Made by a program: the position numbers and the translations under genes. 64,000 nt of DNA from assembly GCA_040954595.2 (NCBI GenBank), contig JBECUI020000029.1, positions 186,001 to 250,000 of the forward strand. The letters run 5' to 3'. This stretch comes from Balanoglossus misakiensis. Its lineage: Eukaryota > Animalia > Hemichordata. The notes under the pieces were generated by a model, which saw only the letters and a program-made list of their open reading frames with translations, had not been told where the DNA came from and made no database searches. The first letter of the stretch is position 1; every line of letters starts with the position of its first letter. Below, piece by piece: positions 9,946 through 22,800 of this stretch.

Positions 9946-10256
9946 AAGAGATCACCACTGAGGGTTGGAAGGCCTTGCCAGAAATTAACGCGTAAAGTAC
10001 GCCCTCACAGGCCATGTAAACAAGGTCAAATAAGGCCGTCTGGCAAACGAATGATTAATTCAACGCGCCATTTGAGCCGAGCTGAGTTGGTCTGAGTTGC
10101 GTATCACACAGACTTAGGCTGAATGTCAGTGGAGTAACCAGTCCGTTTTAGATTTACCAATGATGTGAATTTAATTTCTTCACCCAGAAAAACAGAACAC
10201 AACTTGTCTGCAACATGATGCTGGAGGTGACACATGACAGAGAAGTGGATCCGCGT

Positions 10257-10590
10257 TGTCAACACAGATGCCAGCATTCAAAAGGGGAGTGCCACCTGCT
10301 AAAATCAACTCATCTGCTGTTGGCCCATTTTACCTGTGGCAACTGTTCAGAGGAGACAACGTTTATTCCGTGCAAGCCAACACGCAATGTTGGGGTCTAC
10401 CTGTCAACACAGATGCAAGCATTCATGTGAGTGAGTATCAGGACTGACCTTGTATTTGCTGAATAATTCATAATGCCTATTTTAGAATTCTTAGAGGCAT
10501 TTGGAGTTCATTGCCTGGTCAACCAAACTACACCCCTTAACAGCTGAAACAAAATGCGTATTGTGTTCATTCATTCATTGCATCAATATA
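10257..10590 (+). repeat. Diverged, insert-free homolog of the array monomer inside the cassette
   Basis: Colinear blocks shared with the monomer: cacctg.t.aaat.aactcatctgctgt, gtggca, gaggaga, acagatgc.agcattcat, gagtgagt, tgcctatt.tagaattctta and ttcattcattcattgc.tcaatatat. Confidence 0.85.
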
Positions 10591-10898
10591 TATAGGCAAC
10601 ATGAGTATCAAGTAGCACTATTTGTTTACGATTGTATTCATGAAAACTTCCCACTAACAATTCCACAGTTAATATTGAACACATTTATCCAACAAGGTCA
10701 AAAGAAAAAGGGAATCTTCTGGTTCCAAAATACGCCACAAATGTGGGTCAACATACAGTGAAATATTATGGTGCTCAAATATGCAACATATCAAATCTGT
10801 CTCATCAAAGTCATGCTTTAAAAAAGAATTGAAAAGGTATTATTTATCCATTTGACTGCTGTATTTTCAGAAGGAAAACAAACTGAATTTGGTTTTTC

Positions 10899-13800
10899 AA
10901 GTACCTTATATTTTCTGTAAAATAGACATTTAATTGGCAAGCCGTCCTGCATCAATTATTAATTGTGTACATGCACTAAAGCGCCCTCACTGCTGGGTGT
11001 GTTGTATGGTCTTTAACCCTGTTTCAAATTAGAGTACTTTCTGCAATTTCAAGACAGATCTTACGTGCCATTGGAGAGCTCCATTGACTGGTCATTCATA
11101 CTGTTTTCATTCATTCATTGCGGCATCAATATATTTTATCTATTCTAGCCAAAGAGCTTGGCACCTGTTGAAATGAACTCATCTGCTGTGGGCCAGTTTA
11201 TTGGTGGCAGTTGAGCTGAGGAGAGCACCTTCCTTCCCGGCACGCCACCAAGTAAAGTTCCACGCCGCCCACCACAGATGCCAGCATTCATTCATGCGAG
11301 TGAGTGTAATTGCAAATTTGCCTATTCTAGATCTGTAATGGAAATGGAGAAAGTACCTTATATTTTCTGTAAAATAGACATTTAATTGGCAAGCCGTCCT
11401 GCATCAATTATTAATTGTGTACATGCACTAAAGCGCCCTCACTGCTGGGTGTGTTGTATGGTCTTTAACCCTGTTTCAAATTAGAGTACTTTCTGCAATT
11501 TCAAGACAGATCTTACGTGCCATTGGAGAGCTCCATTGACTGGTCATTCATACTGTTTTCATTCATTCATTGCGGCATCAATATATTTTATCTATTCTAG
11601 CCAAAGAGCTTGGCACCTGTTGAAATGAACTCATCTGCTGTGGGCCAGTTTATTGGTGGCAGTTGAGCTGAGGAGAGCACCTTCCTTCCCGGCACGCCAC
11701 CAAGTAAAGTTCCACGCCGCCCACCACAGATGCCAGCATTCATTCATGCGAGTGAGTGTAATTGCAAATTTGCCTATTCTAGATCTGTAATGGAAATGGA
11801 GAAAGTACCTTATATTTTCTGTAAAATAGACATTTAATTGGCAAGCCGTCCTGCATCAATTATTAATTGTGTACATGCACTAAAGCGCCCTCACTGCTGG
11901 GTGTGTTGTATGGTCTTTAACCCTGTTTCAAATTAGAGTACTTTCTGCAATTTCAAGACAGATCTTACGTGCCATTGGAGAGCTCCATTGACTGGTCATT
12001 CATACTGTTTTCATTCATTCATTGCGGCATCAATATATTTTATCTATTCTAGCCAAAGAGCTTGGCACCTGTTGAAATGAACTCATCTGCTGTGGGCCAG
12101 TTTATTGGTGGCAGTTGAGCTGAGGAGAGCACCTTCCTTCCCGGCACGCCACCAAGTAAAGTTCCACGCCGCCCACCACAGATGCCAGCATTCATTCATG
12201 CGAGTGAGTGTAATTGCAAATTTGCCTATTCTAGATCTGTAATGGAAATGGAGAAAGTACCTTATATTTTCTGTAAAATAGACATTTAATTGGCAAGCCG
12301 TCCTGCATCAATTATTAATTGTGTACATGCACTAAAGCGCCCTCACTGCTGGGTGTGTTGTATGGTCTTTAACCCTGTTTCAAATTAGAGTACTTTCTGC
12401 AATTTCAAGACAGATCTTACGTGCCATTGGAGAGCTCCATTGACTGGTCATTCATACTGTTTTCATTCATTCATTGCGGCATCAATATATTTTATCTATT
12501 CTAGCCAAAGAGCTTGGCACCTGTTGAAATGAACTCATCTGCTGTGGGCCAGTTTATTGGTGGCAGTTGAGCTGAGGAGAGCACCTTCTTTCCCGGCACG
12601 CCACCAAGTAAAGTTCCACGCCGCCCACCACAGATGCCAGCATTCATTCATGCGAGTGAGTGTAATTGCAAATTTGCCTATTCTAGATCTGTAATGGAAA
12701 TGGAGAAAGTACCTTATATTTTCTGTAAAATAGACATTTAATTGGCAAGCCGTCCTGCATCAATTATTAATTGTGTACATGCACTAAAGCGCCCTCACTG
12801 CTGGGTGTGTTGTATGGTCTTTAACCCTGTTTCAAATTAGAGTACTTTCTGCAATTTCAAGACAGATCTTACGTGCCATTGGAGAGCTCCATTGACTGGT
12901 CATTCATACTGTTTTCATTCATTCATTGCGGCATCAATATATTTTATCTATTCTAGCCAAAGAGCTTGGCACCTGTTGAAATGAACTCATCTGCTGTGGG
13001 CCAGTTTATTGGTGGCAGTTGAGCTGAGGAGAGCACCTTCCTTCCCGGCACGCCACCAAGTAAAGTTCCACGCCGCCCACCACAGATGCCAGCATTCATT
13101 CATGCGAGTGAGTGTAATTGCAAATTTGCCTATTCTAGATCTGTAATGGAAATGGAGAAAGTACCTTATATTTTCTGTAAAATAGACATTTAATTGGCAA
13201 GCCGTCCTGCATCAATTATTAATTGTGTACATGCACTAAAGCGCCCTCACTGCTGGGTGTGTTGTATGGTCTTTAACCCTGTTTCAAATTAGAGTACTTT
13301 CTGCAATTTCAAGACAGATCTTACGTGCCATTGGAGAGCTCCATTGACTGGTCATTCATACTGTTTTCATTCATTCATTGCGGCATCAATATATTTTATC
13401 TATTCTAGCCAAAGAGCTTGGCACCTGTTGAAATGAACTCATCTGCTGTGGGCCAGTTTATTGGTGGCAGTTGAGCTGAGGAGAGCACCTTCCTTCCCGG
13501 CACGCCACCAAGTAAAGTTCCACGCCGCCCACCACAGATGCCAGCATTCATTCATGCGAGTGAGTGTAATTGCAAATTTGCCTATTCTAGAATTCTTACG
13601 TGCCATTGGAGAGCTCCATTGACTGGTCATTCATACTGTTTTCATTCATTCATTGCGGCATCAATATATTTTATCTATTCTAGCCAAAGAGCTTGGCACC
13701 TGTTGAAATGAACTCATCTGCTGTGGGCCAGTTTATTGGTGGCAGTTGAGCTGAGGAGAGCACCTTCCTTCCCGGCACGCCACCAAGTAAAGTTCCACGC

Positions 13801-16800
13801 CGCCCACCACAGATGCCAGCATTCATTCATGCGAGTGAGTGTAATTGCAAATTTGCCTATTCTAGATCTGTAATGGAAATGGAGAAAGTACCTTATATTT
13901 TCTGTAAAATAGACATTTAATTGGCAAGCCGTCCTGCATCAATTATTAATTGTGTACATGCACTAAAGCGCCCTCACTGCTGGGTGTGTTGTATGGTCTT
14001 TAACCCTGTTTCAAATTAGAGTACTTTCTGCAATTTCAAGACAGATCTTACGTGCCATTGGAGAGCTCCATTGACTGGTCATTCATACTGTTTTCATTCA
14101 TTCATTGCGGCATCAATATATTTTATCTATTCTAGCCAAAGAGCTTGGCACCTGTTGAAATGAACTCATCTGCTGTGGGCCAGTTTATTGGTGGCAGTTG
14201 AGCTGAGGAGAGCACCTTCTTTCCCGGCACGCCACCAAGTAAAGTTCCACGCCGCCCACCACAGATGCCAGCATTCATTCATGCGAGTGAGTGTAATTGC
14301 AAATTTGCCTATTCTAGAATCTTACGTGCCATTGGAGAGCTCCATTGACTGGTCATTCATACTGTTTTCATTCATTCATTGCGGCATCAATATATTTTAT
14401 CTATTCTAGCCAAAGAGCTTGGCACCTGTTGAAATGAACTCATCTGCTGTGGGCCAGTTTATTGGTGGCAGTTGAGCTGAGGAGAGCACCTTCTTTCCCG
14501 GCACGCCACCAAGTAAAGTTCCACGCCGCCCACCACAGATGCCAGCATTCATTCATGCGAGTGAGTGTAATTGCAAATTTGCCTATTTACGTGCCATTGG
14601 AGAGCTCCATTGACTGGTCATTCATACTGTTTTCATTCATTCATTGCGGCATCAATATATTTTATCTATTCTAGCCAAAGAGCTTGGCACCTGTTGAAAT
14701 GAACTCATCTGCTGTGGGCCAGTTTATTGGTGGCAGTTGAGCTGAGGAGAGCACCTTCCTTCCCGGCACGCCACCAAGTAAAGTTCCACGCCGCCCACCA
14801 CAGATGCCAGCATTCATTCATGCGAGTGAGTGTAATTGCAAATTTGCCTATTCTAGATCTGTAATGGAAATGGAGAAAGTACCTTATATTTTCTGTAAAA
14901 TAGACATTTAATTGGCAAGCCGTCCTGCATCAATTATTAATTGTGTACATGCACTAAAGCGCCCTCACTGCTGGGTGTGTTGTATGGTCTTTAACCCTGT
15001 TTCAAATTAGAGTACTTTCTGCAATTTCAAGACAGATCTTACGTGCCATTGGAGAGCTCCATTGACTGGTCATTCATACTGTTTTCATTCATTCATTGCG
15101 GCATCAATATATTTTATCTATTCTAGCCAAAGAGCTTGGCACCTGTTGAAATGAACTCATCTGCTGTGGGCCAGTTTATTGGTGGCAGTTGAGCTGAGGA
15201 GAGCACCTTCTTTCCCGGCACGCCACCAAGTAAAGTTCCACGCCGCCCACCACAGATGCCAGCATTCATTCATGCGAGTGAGTGTAATTGCAAATTTGCC
15301 TATTCTAGAATCTTACGTGCCATTGGAGAGCTCCATTGACTGGTCATTCATACTGTTTTCATTTATTCATTGCGGCATCAATATATTTTATCTATTCTAG
15401 CCAAAGAGCTTGGCACCTGTTGAAATGAACTCATCTGCTGTGGGCCAGTTTATTGGTGGCAGTTGAGCTGAGGAGAGCACCTTCTTTCCCGGCACGCCAC
15501 CAAGTAAAGTTCCACGCCGCCCACCACAGATGCCAGCATTCATTCATGCGAGTGAGTGTAATTGCAAATTTGCCTATTCTAGAATCTTACGTGCCATTGG
15601 AGAGCTCCATTGACTGGTCATTCATACTGTTTTCATTCATTCATTGCAGCATCAATATATTTTATCTATTCTAGCCAAAGAGCTTGGCACCTGTTGAAAT
15701 GAACTCATCTGCTGTGGGCCAGTTTATTGGTGGCAGTTGAGCTGAGGAGAGCACCTTCCTTCCCGGCACGCCACCAAGTAAAGTTCCACGCCGCCCACCA
15801 CAGATGCCAGCATTCATTCATGCGAGTGAGTGTAATTGCAAATTTGCCTATTCTAGAATCTTACGTGCCATTGGAGAGCTCCATTGACTGGTCATTCATA
15901 CTGTTTTCATTCATTCATTGCGGCATCAATATATTTTATCTATTCTAGCCAAAGAGCTTGGCACCTGTTGAAATGAACTCATCTGCTGTGGGCCAGTTTA
16001 TTGGTGGCAGTTGAGCTGAGGAGAGCACCTTCCTTCCCGGCACGCCACCAAGTAAAGTTCCACGCCGCCCACCACAGATGCCAGCATTCATTCATGCGAG
16101 TGAGTGTAATTGCAAATTTGCCTATTCTAGAATCTTACGTGCCATTGGAGAGCTCCATTGACTGGTCATTCATACTGTTTTCATTCATTCATTGCGGCAT
16201 CAATATATTTTATCTATTCTAGCCGAAGAGCTTGGCACCTGTTGAAATGAACTCATCTGCTGTGGGCCAGTTTATTGGTGGCAGTTGAGCTGAGGAGAGC
16301 ACCTTCCTTCCCGGCACGCCACCAAGTAAAGTTCCACGCCGCCCACCACAGATGCCAGCATTCATTCATGCGAGTGAGTGTAATTGCAAATTTGCCTATT
16401 CTAGATCTGTAATGGAAATGGAGAAAGTACCTTATATTTTCTGTAAAATAGACATTTAATTGGCAAGCCGTCCTGCATCAATTATTAATTGTGTACATGC
16501 ACTAAAGCGCCCTCACTGCTGGGTGTGTTGTATGGTCTTTAACCCTGTTTCAAATTAGAGTACTTTCTGCAATTTCAAGACAGATCTTACGTGCCATTGG
16601 AGAGCTCCATTGACTGGTCATTCATACTGTTTTCATTCATTCATTGCGGCATCAATATATTTTATCTATTCTAGCCAAAGAGCTTGGCACCTGTTGAAAT
16701 GAACTCATCTGCTGTGGGCCAGTTTATTGGTGGCAGTTGAGCTGAGGAGAGCACCTTCCTTCCCGGCACGCCACCAAGTAAAGTTCCACGCCGCCCACCA

Positions 16801-19800
16801 CAGATGCCAGCATTCATTCATGCGAGTGAGTGTAATTGCAAATTTGCCTATTCTAGATTCTTACGTGCCATTGGAGAGCTCCATTGACTGGTCATTCATA
16901 CTGTTTTCATTCATTCATTGCGGCATCAATATATTTTATCTATTCTAGCCAAAGAGCTTGGCACCTGTTGAAATGAACTCATCTGCTGTGGGCCAGTTTA
17001 TTGGTGGCAGTTGAGCTGAGGAGAGCACCTTCCTTCCCGGCACGCCACCAAGTAAAGTTCCACGCCGCCCACCACAGATGCCAGCATTCATTCATGCGAG
17101 TGAGTGTAATTGCAAATTTGCCTATTCTAGAATCTTACGTGCCATTGGAGAGCTCCATTGACTGGTCATTCATACTGTTTTCATTCATTCATTGCGGCAT
17201 CAATATATTTTATCTATTCTAGCCAAAGAGCTTGGCACCTGTTGAAATGAACTCATCTGCTGTGGGCCAGTTTATTGGTGGCAGTTGAGCTGAGGAGAGC
17301 ACCTTCCTTCCCGGCACGCCACCAAGTAAAGTTCCACGCCGCCCACCACAGATGCCAGCATTCATTCATGCGAGTGAGTGTAATTGCAAATTTGCCTATT
17401 CTAGATCTGTAATGGAAATGGAGAAAGTACCTTATATTTTCTGTAAAATAGACATTTAATTGGCAAGCCGTCCTGCATCAATTATTAATTGTGTACATGC
17501 ACTAAAGCGCCCTCACTGCTGGGTGTGTTGTATGGTCTTTAACCCTGTTTCAAATTAGAGTACTTTCTGCAATTTCAAGACAGATCTTACGTGCCATTGG
17601 AGAGCTCCATTGACTGGTCATTCATACTGTTTTCATTCATTCATTGCGGCATCAATATATTTTATCTATTCTAGCCAAAGAGCTTGGCACCTGTTGAAAT
17701 GAACTCATCTGCTGTGGGCCAGTTTATTGGTGGCAGTTGAGCTGAGGAGAGCACCTTCCTTCCCGGCACGCCACCAAGTAAAGTTCCACGCCGCCCACCA
17801 CAGATGCCAGCATTCATTCATGCGAGTGAGTGTAATTGCAAATTTGCCTATTCTAGATCTGTAATGGAAATGGAGAAAGTACCTTATATTTTCTGTAAAA
17901 TAGACATTTAATTGGCAAGCCGTCCTGCATCAATTATTAATTGTGTACATGCACTAAAGCGCCCTCACTGCTGGGTGTGTTGTATGGTCTTTAACCCTGT
18001 TTCAAATTAGAGTACTTTCTGCAATTTCAAGACAGATCTTACGTGCCATTGGAGAGCTCCATTGACTGGTCATTCATACTGTTTTCATTCATTCATTGCG
18101 GCATCAATATATTTTATCTATTCTAGCCAAAGAGCTTGGCACCTGTTGAAATGAACTCATCTGCTGTGGGCCAGTTTATTGGTGGCAGTTGAGCTGAGGA
18201 GAGCACCTTCCTTCCCGGCACGCCACCAAGTAAAGTTCCACGCCGCCCACCACAGATGCCAGCATTCATTCATGCGAGTGAGTGTAATTGCAAATTTGCC
18301 TATTCTAGATCTGTAATGGAAATGGAGAAAGTACCTTATATTTTCTGTAAAATAGACATTTAATTGGCAAGCCGTCCTGCATCAATTATTAATTGTGTAC
18401 ATGCACTAAAGCGCCCTCACTGCTGGGTGTGTTGTATGGTCTTTAACCCTGTTTCAAATTAGAGTACTTTCTGCAATTTCAAGACAGATCTTACGTGCCA
18501 TTGGAGAGCTCCATTGACTGGTCATTCATACTGTTTTCATTCATTCATTGCGGCATCAATATATTTTATCTATTCTAGCCAAAGAGCTTGGCACCTGTTG
18601 AAATGAACTCATCTGCTGTGGGCCAGTTTATTGGTGGCAGTTGAGCTGAGGAGAGCACCTTCCTTCCCGGCACGCCACCAAGTAAAGTTCCACGCCGCCC
18701 ACCACAGATGCCAGCATTCATTCATGCGAGTGAGTGTAATTGCAAATTTGCCTATTCTAGATCTGTAATGGAAATGGAGAAAGTACCTTATATTTTCTGT
18801 AAAATAGACATTTAATTGGCAAGCCGTCCTGCATCAATTATTAATTGTGTACATGCACTAAAGCGCCCTCACTGCTGGGTGTGTTGTATGGTCTTTAACC
18901 CTGTTTCAAATTAGAGTACTTTCTGCAATTTCAAGACAGATCTTACGTGCCATTGGAGAGCTCCATTGACTGGTCATTCATACTGTTTTCATTCATTCAT
19001 TGCGGCATCAATATATTTTATCTATTCTAGCCAAAGAGCTTGGCACCTGTTGAAATGAACTCATCTGCTGTGGGCCAGTTTATTGGTGGCAGTTGAGCTG
19101 AGGAGAGCACCTTCCTTCCCGGCACGCCACCAAGTAAAGTTCCACGCCGCCCACCACAGATGCCAGCATTCATTCATGCGAGTGAGTGTAATTGCAAATT
19201 TGCCTATTCTAGATCTGTAATGGAAATGGAGAAAGTACCTTATATTTTCTGTAAAATAGACATTTAATTGGCAAGCCGTCCTGCATCAATTATTAATTGT
19301 GTACATGCACTAAAGCGCCCTCACTGCTGGGTGTGTTGTATGGTCTTTAACCCTGTTTCAAATTAGAGTACTTTCTGCAATTTCAAGACAGATCTTACGT
19401 GCCATTGGAGAGCTCCATTGACTGGTCATTCATACTGTTTTCATTCATTCATTGCGGCATCAATATATTTTATCTATTCTAGCCAAAGAGCTTGGCACCT
19501 GTTGAAATGAACTCATCTGCTGTGGGCCAGTTTATTGGTGGCAGTTGAGCTGAGGAGAGCACCTTCCTTCCCGGCACGCCACCAAGTAAAGTTCCACGCC
19601 GCCCACCACAGATGCCAGCATTCATTCATGCGAGTGAGTGTAATTGCAAATTTGCCTATTCTAGATCTGTAATGGAAATGGAGAAAGTACCTTATATTTT
19701 CTGTAAAATAGACATTTAATTGGCAAGCCGTCCTGCATCAATTATTAATTGTGTACATGCACTAAAGCGCCCTCACTGCTGGGTGTGTTGTATGGTCTTT

Positions 19801-22800
19801 AACCCTGTTTCAAATTAGAGTACTTTCTGCAATTTCAAGACAGATCTTACGTGCCATTGGAGAGCTCCATTGACTGGTCATTCATACTGTTTTCATTCAT
19901 TCATTGCGGCATCAATATATTTTATCTATTCTAGCCAAAGAGCTTGGCACCTGTTGAAATGAACTCATCTGCTGTGGGCCAGTTTATTGGTGGCAGTTGA
20001 GCTGAGGAGAGCACCTTCTTTCCCGGCACGCCACCAAGTAAAGTTCCACGCCGCCCACCACAGATGCCAGCATTCATTCATGCGAGTGAGTGTAATTGCA
20101 AATTTGCCTATTTACGTGCCATTGGAGAGCTCCATTGACTGGTCATTCATACTGTTTTCATTCATTCATTGCGGCATCAATATATTTTATCTATTCTAGC
20201 CAAAGAGCTTGGCACCTGTTGAAATGAACTCATCTGCTGTGGGCCAGTTTATTGGTGGCAGTTGAGCTGAGGAGAGCACCTTCCTTCCCGGCACGCCACC
20301 AAGTAAAGTTCCACGCCGCCCACCACAGATGCCAGCATTCATTCATGCGAGTGAGTGTAATTGCAAATTTGCCTATTCTAGATCTGTAATGGAAATGGAG
20401 AAAGTACCTTATATTTTCTGTAAAATAGACATTTAATTGGCAAGCCGTCCTGCATCAATTATTAATTGTGTACATGCACTAAAGCGCCCTCACTGCTGGG
20501 TGTGTTGTATGGTCTTTAACCCTGTTTCAAATTAGAGTACTTTCTGCAATTTCAAGACAGATCTTACGTGCCATTGGAGAGCTCCATTGACTGGTCATTC
20601 ATACTGTTTTCATTCATTCATTGCGGCATCAATATATTTTATCTATTCTAGCCAAAGAGCTTGGCACCTGTTGAAATGAACTCATCTGCTGTGGGCCAGT
20701 TTATTGGTGGCAGTTGAGCTGAGGAGAGCACCTTCCTTCCCGGCACGCCACCAAGTAAAGTTCCACGCCGCCCACCACAGATGCCAGCATTCATTCATGC
20801 GAGTGAGTGTAATTGCAAATTTGCCTATTCTAGAATTCTTACGTGCCATTGGAGAGCTCCATTGACTGGTCATTCATACTGTTTTCATTCATTCATTGCG
20901 GCATCAATATATTTTATCTATTCTAGCCAAAGAGCTTGGCACCTGTTGAAATGAACTCATCTGCTGTGGGCCAGTTTATTGGTGGCAGTTGAGCTGAGGA
21001 GAGCACCTTCCTTCCCGGCACGCCACCAAGTAAAGTTCCACGCCGCCCACCACAGATGCCAGCATTCATTCATGCGAGTGAGTGTAATTGCAAATTTGCC
21101 TATTCTAGATCTGTAATGGAAATGGAGAAAGTACCTTATATTTTCTGTAAAATAGACATTTAATTGGCAAGCCGTCCTGCATCAATTATTAATTGTGTAC
21201 ATGCACTAAAGCGCCCTCACTGCTGGGTGTGTTGTATGGTCTTTAACCCTGTTTCAAATTAGAGTACTTTCTGCAATTTCAAGACAGATCTTACGTGCCA
21301 TTGGAGAGCTCCATTGACTGGTCATTCATACTGTTTTCATTCATTCATTGCGGCATCAATATATTTTATCTATTCTAGCCAAAGAGCTTGGCACCTGTTG
21401 AAATGAACTCATCTGCTGTGGGCCAGTTTATTGGTGGCAGTTGAGCTGAGGAGAGCACCTTCTTTCCCGGCACGCCACCAAGTAAAGTTCCACGCCGCCC
21501 ACCACAGATGCCAGCATTCATTCATGCGAGTGAGTGTAATTGCAAATTTGCCTATTCTAGAATCTTACGTGCCATTGGAGAGCTCCATTGACTGGTCATT
21601 CATACTGTTTTCATTCATTCATTGCGGCATCAATATATTTTATCTATTCTAGCCAAAGAGCTTGGCACCTGTTGAAATGAACTCATCTGCTGTGGGCCAG
21701 TTTATTGGTGGCAGTTGAGCTGAGGAGAGCACCTTCTTTCCCGGCACGCCACCAAGTAAAGTTCCACGCCGCCCACCACAGATGCCAGCATTCATTCATG
21801 CGAGTGAGTGTAATTGCAAATTTGCCTATTTACGTGCCATTGGAGAGCTCCATTGACTGGTCATTCATACTGTTTTCATTCATTCATTGCGGCATCAATA
21901 TATTTTATCTATTCTAGCCAAAGAGCTTGGCACCTGTTGAAATGAACTCATCTGCTGTGGGCCAGTTTATTGGTGGCAGTTGAGCTGAGGAGAGCACCTT
22001 CCTTCCCGGCACGCCACCAAGTAAAGTTCCACGCCGCCCACCACAGATGCCAGCATTCATTCATGCGAGTGAGTGTAATTGCAAATTTGCCTATTCTAGA
22101 TCTGTAATGGAAATGGAGAAAGTACCTTATATTTTCTGTAAAATAGACATTTAATTGGCAAGCCGTCCTGCATCAATTATTAATTGTGTACATGCACTAA
22201 AGCGCCCTCACTGCTGGGTGTGTTGTATGGTCTTTAACCCTGTTTCAAATTAGAGTACTTTCTGCAATTTCAAGACAGATCTTACGTGCCATTGGAGAGC
22301 TCCATTGACTGGTCATTCATACTGTTTTCATTCATTCATTGCGGCATCAATATATTTTATCTATTCTAGCCAAAGAGCTTGGCACCTGTTGAAATGAACT
22401 CATCTGCTGTGGGCCAGTTTATTGGTGGCAGTTGAGCTGAGGAGAGCACCTTCTTTCCCGGCACGCCACCAAGTAAAGTTCCACGCCGCCCACCACAGAT
22501 GCCAGCATTCATTCATGCGAGTGAGTGTAATTGCAAATTTGCCTATTCTAGAATCTTACGTGCCATTGGAGAGCTCCATTGACTGGTCATTCATACTGTT
22601 TTCATTCATTCATTGCGGCATCAATATATTTTATCTATTCTAGCCAAAGAGCTTGGCACCTGTTGAAATGAACTCATCTGCTGTGGGCCAGTTTATTGGT
22701 GGCAGTTGAGCTGAGGAGAGCACCTTCTTTCCCGGCACGCCACCAAGTAAAGTTCCACGCCGCCCACCACAGATGCCAGCATTCATTCATGCGAGTGAGT

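Larger units (their letters stand above)
2741..10898. mobile_element. Array-embedded multi-gene cassette (split Sola-like transposase, winged-helix-SET gene, His-Me endonuclease), copy 1
   Basis: Non-satellite sequence bounded by array on both sides. Contains transposase-like ORFs. Its left end recurs at 61797 with the same junction. No TIRs or TSD could be identified at its boundaries. Confidence 0.75.

Noticed and set aside
9292-10761. ORFs 9292, 9853, 10256 and 10501 as genes
   Set aside because: Mostly non-ATG starts, short, with no domain signatures; they overlap degenerate repeat sequence.
2741-10898. Assignment to KolobokP
   Set aside because: It shares a His-Me nuclease and ~450-bp flanking repeats, but the transposase motifs are Sola-like and the monomers are not bounded by TTAA plus TIRs.
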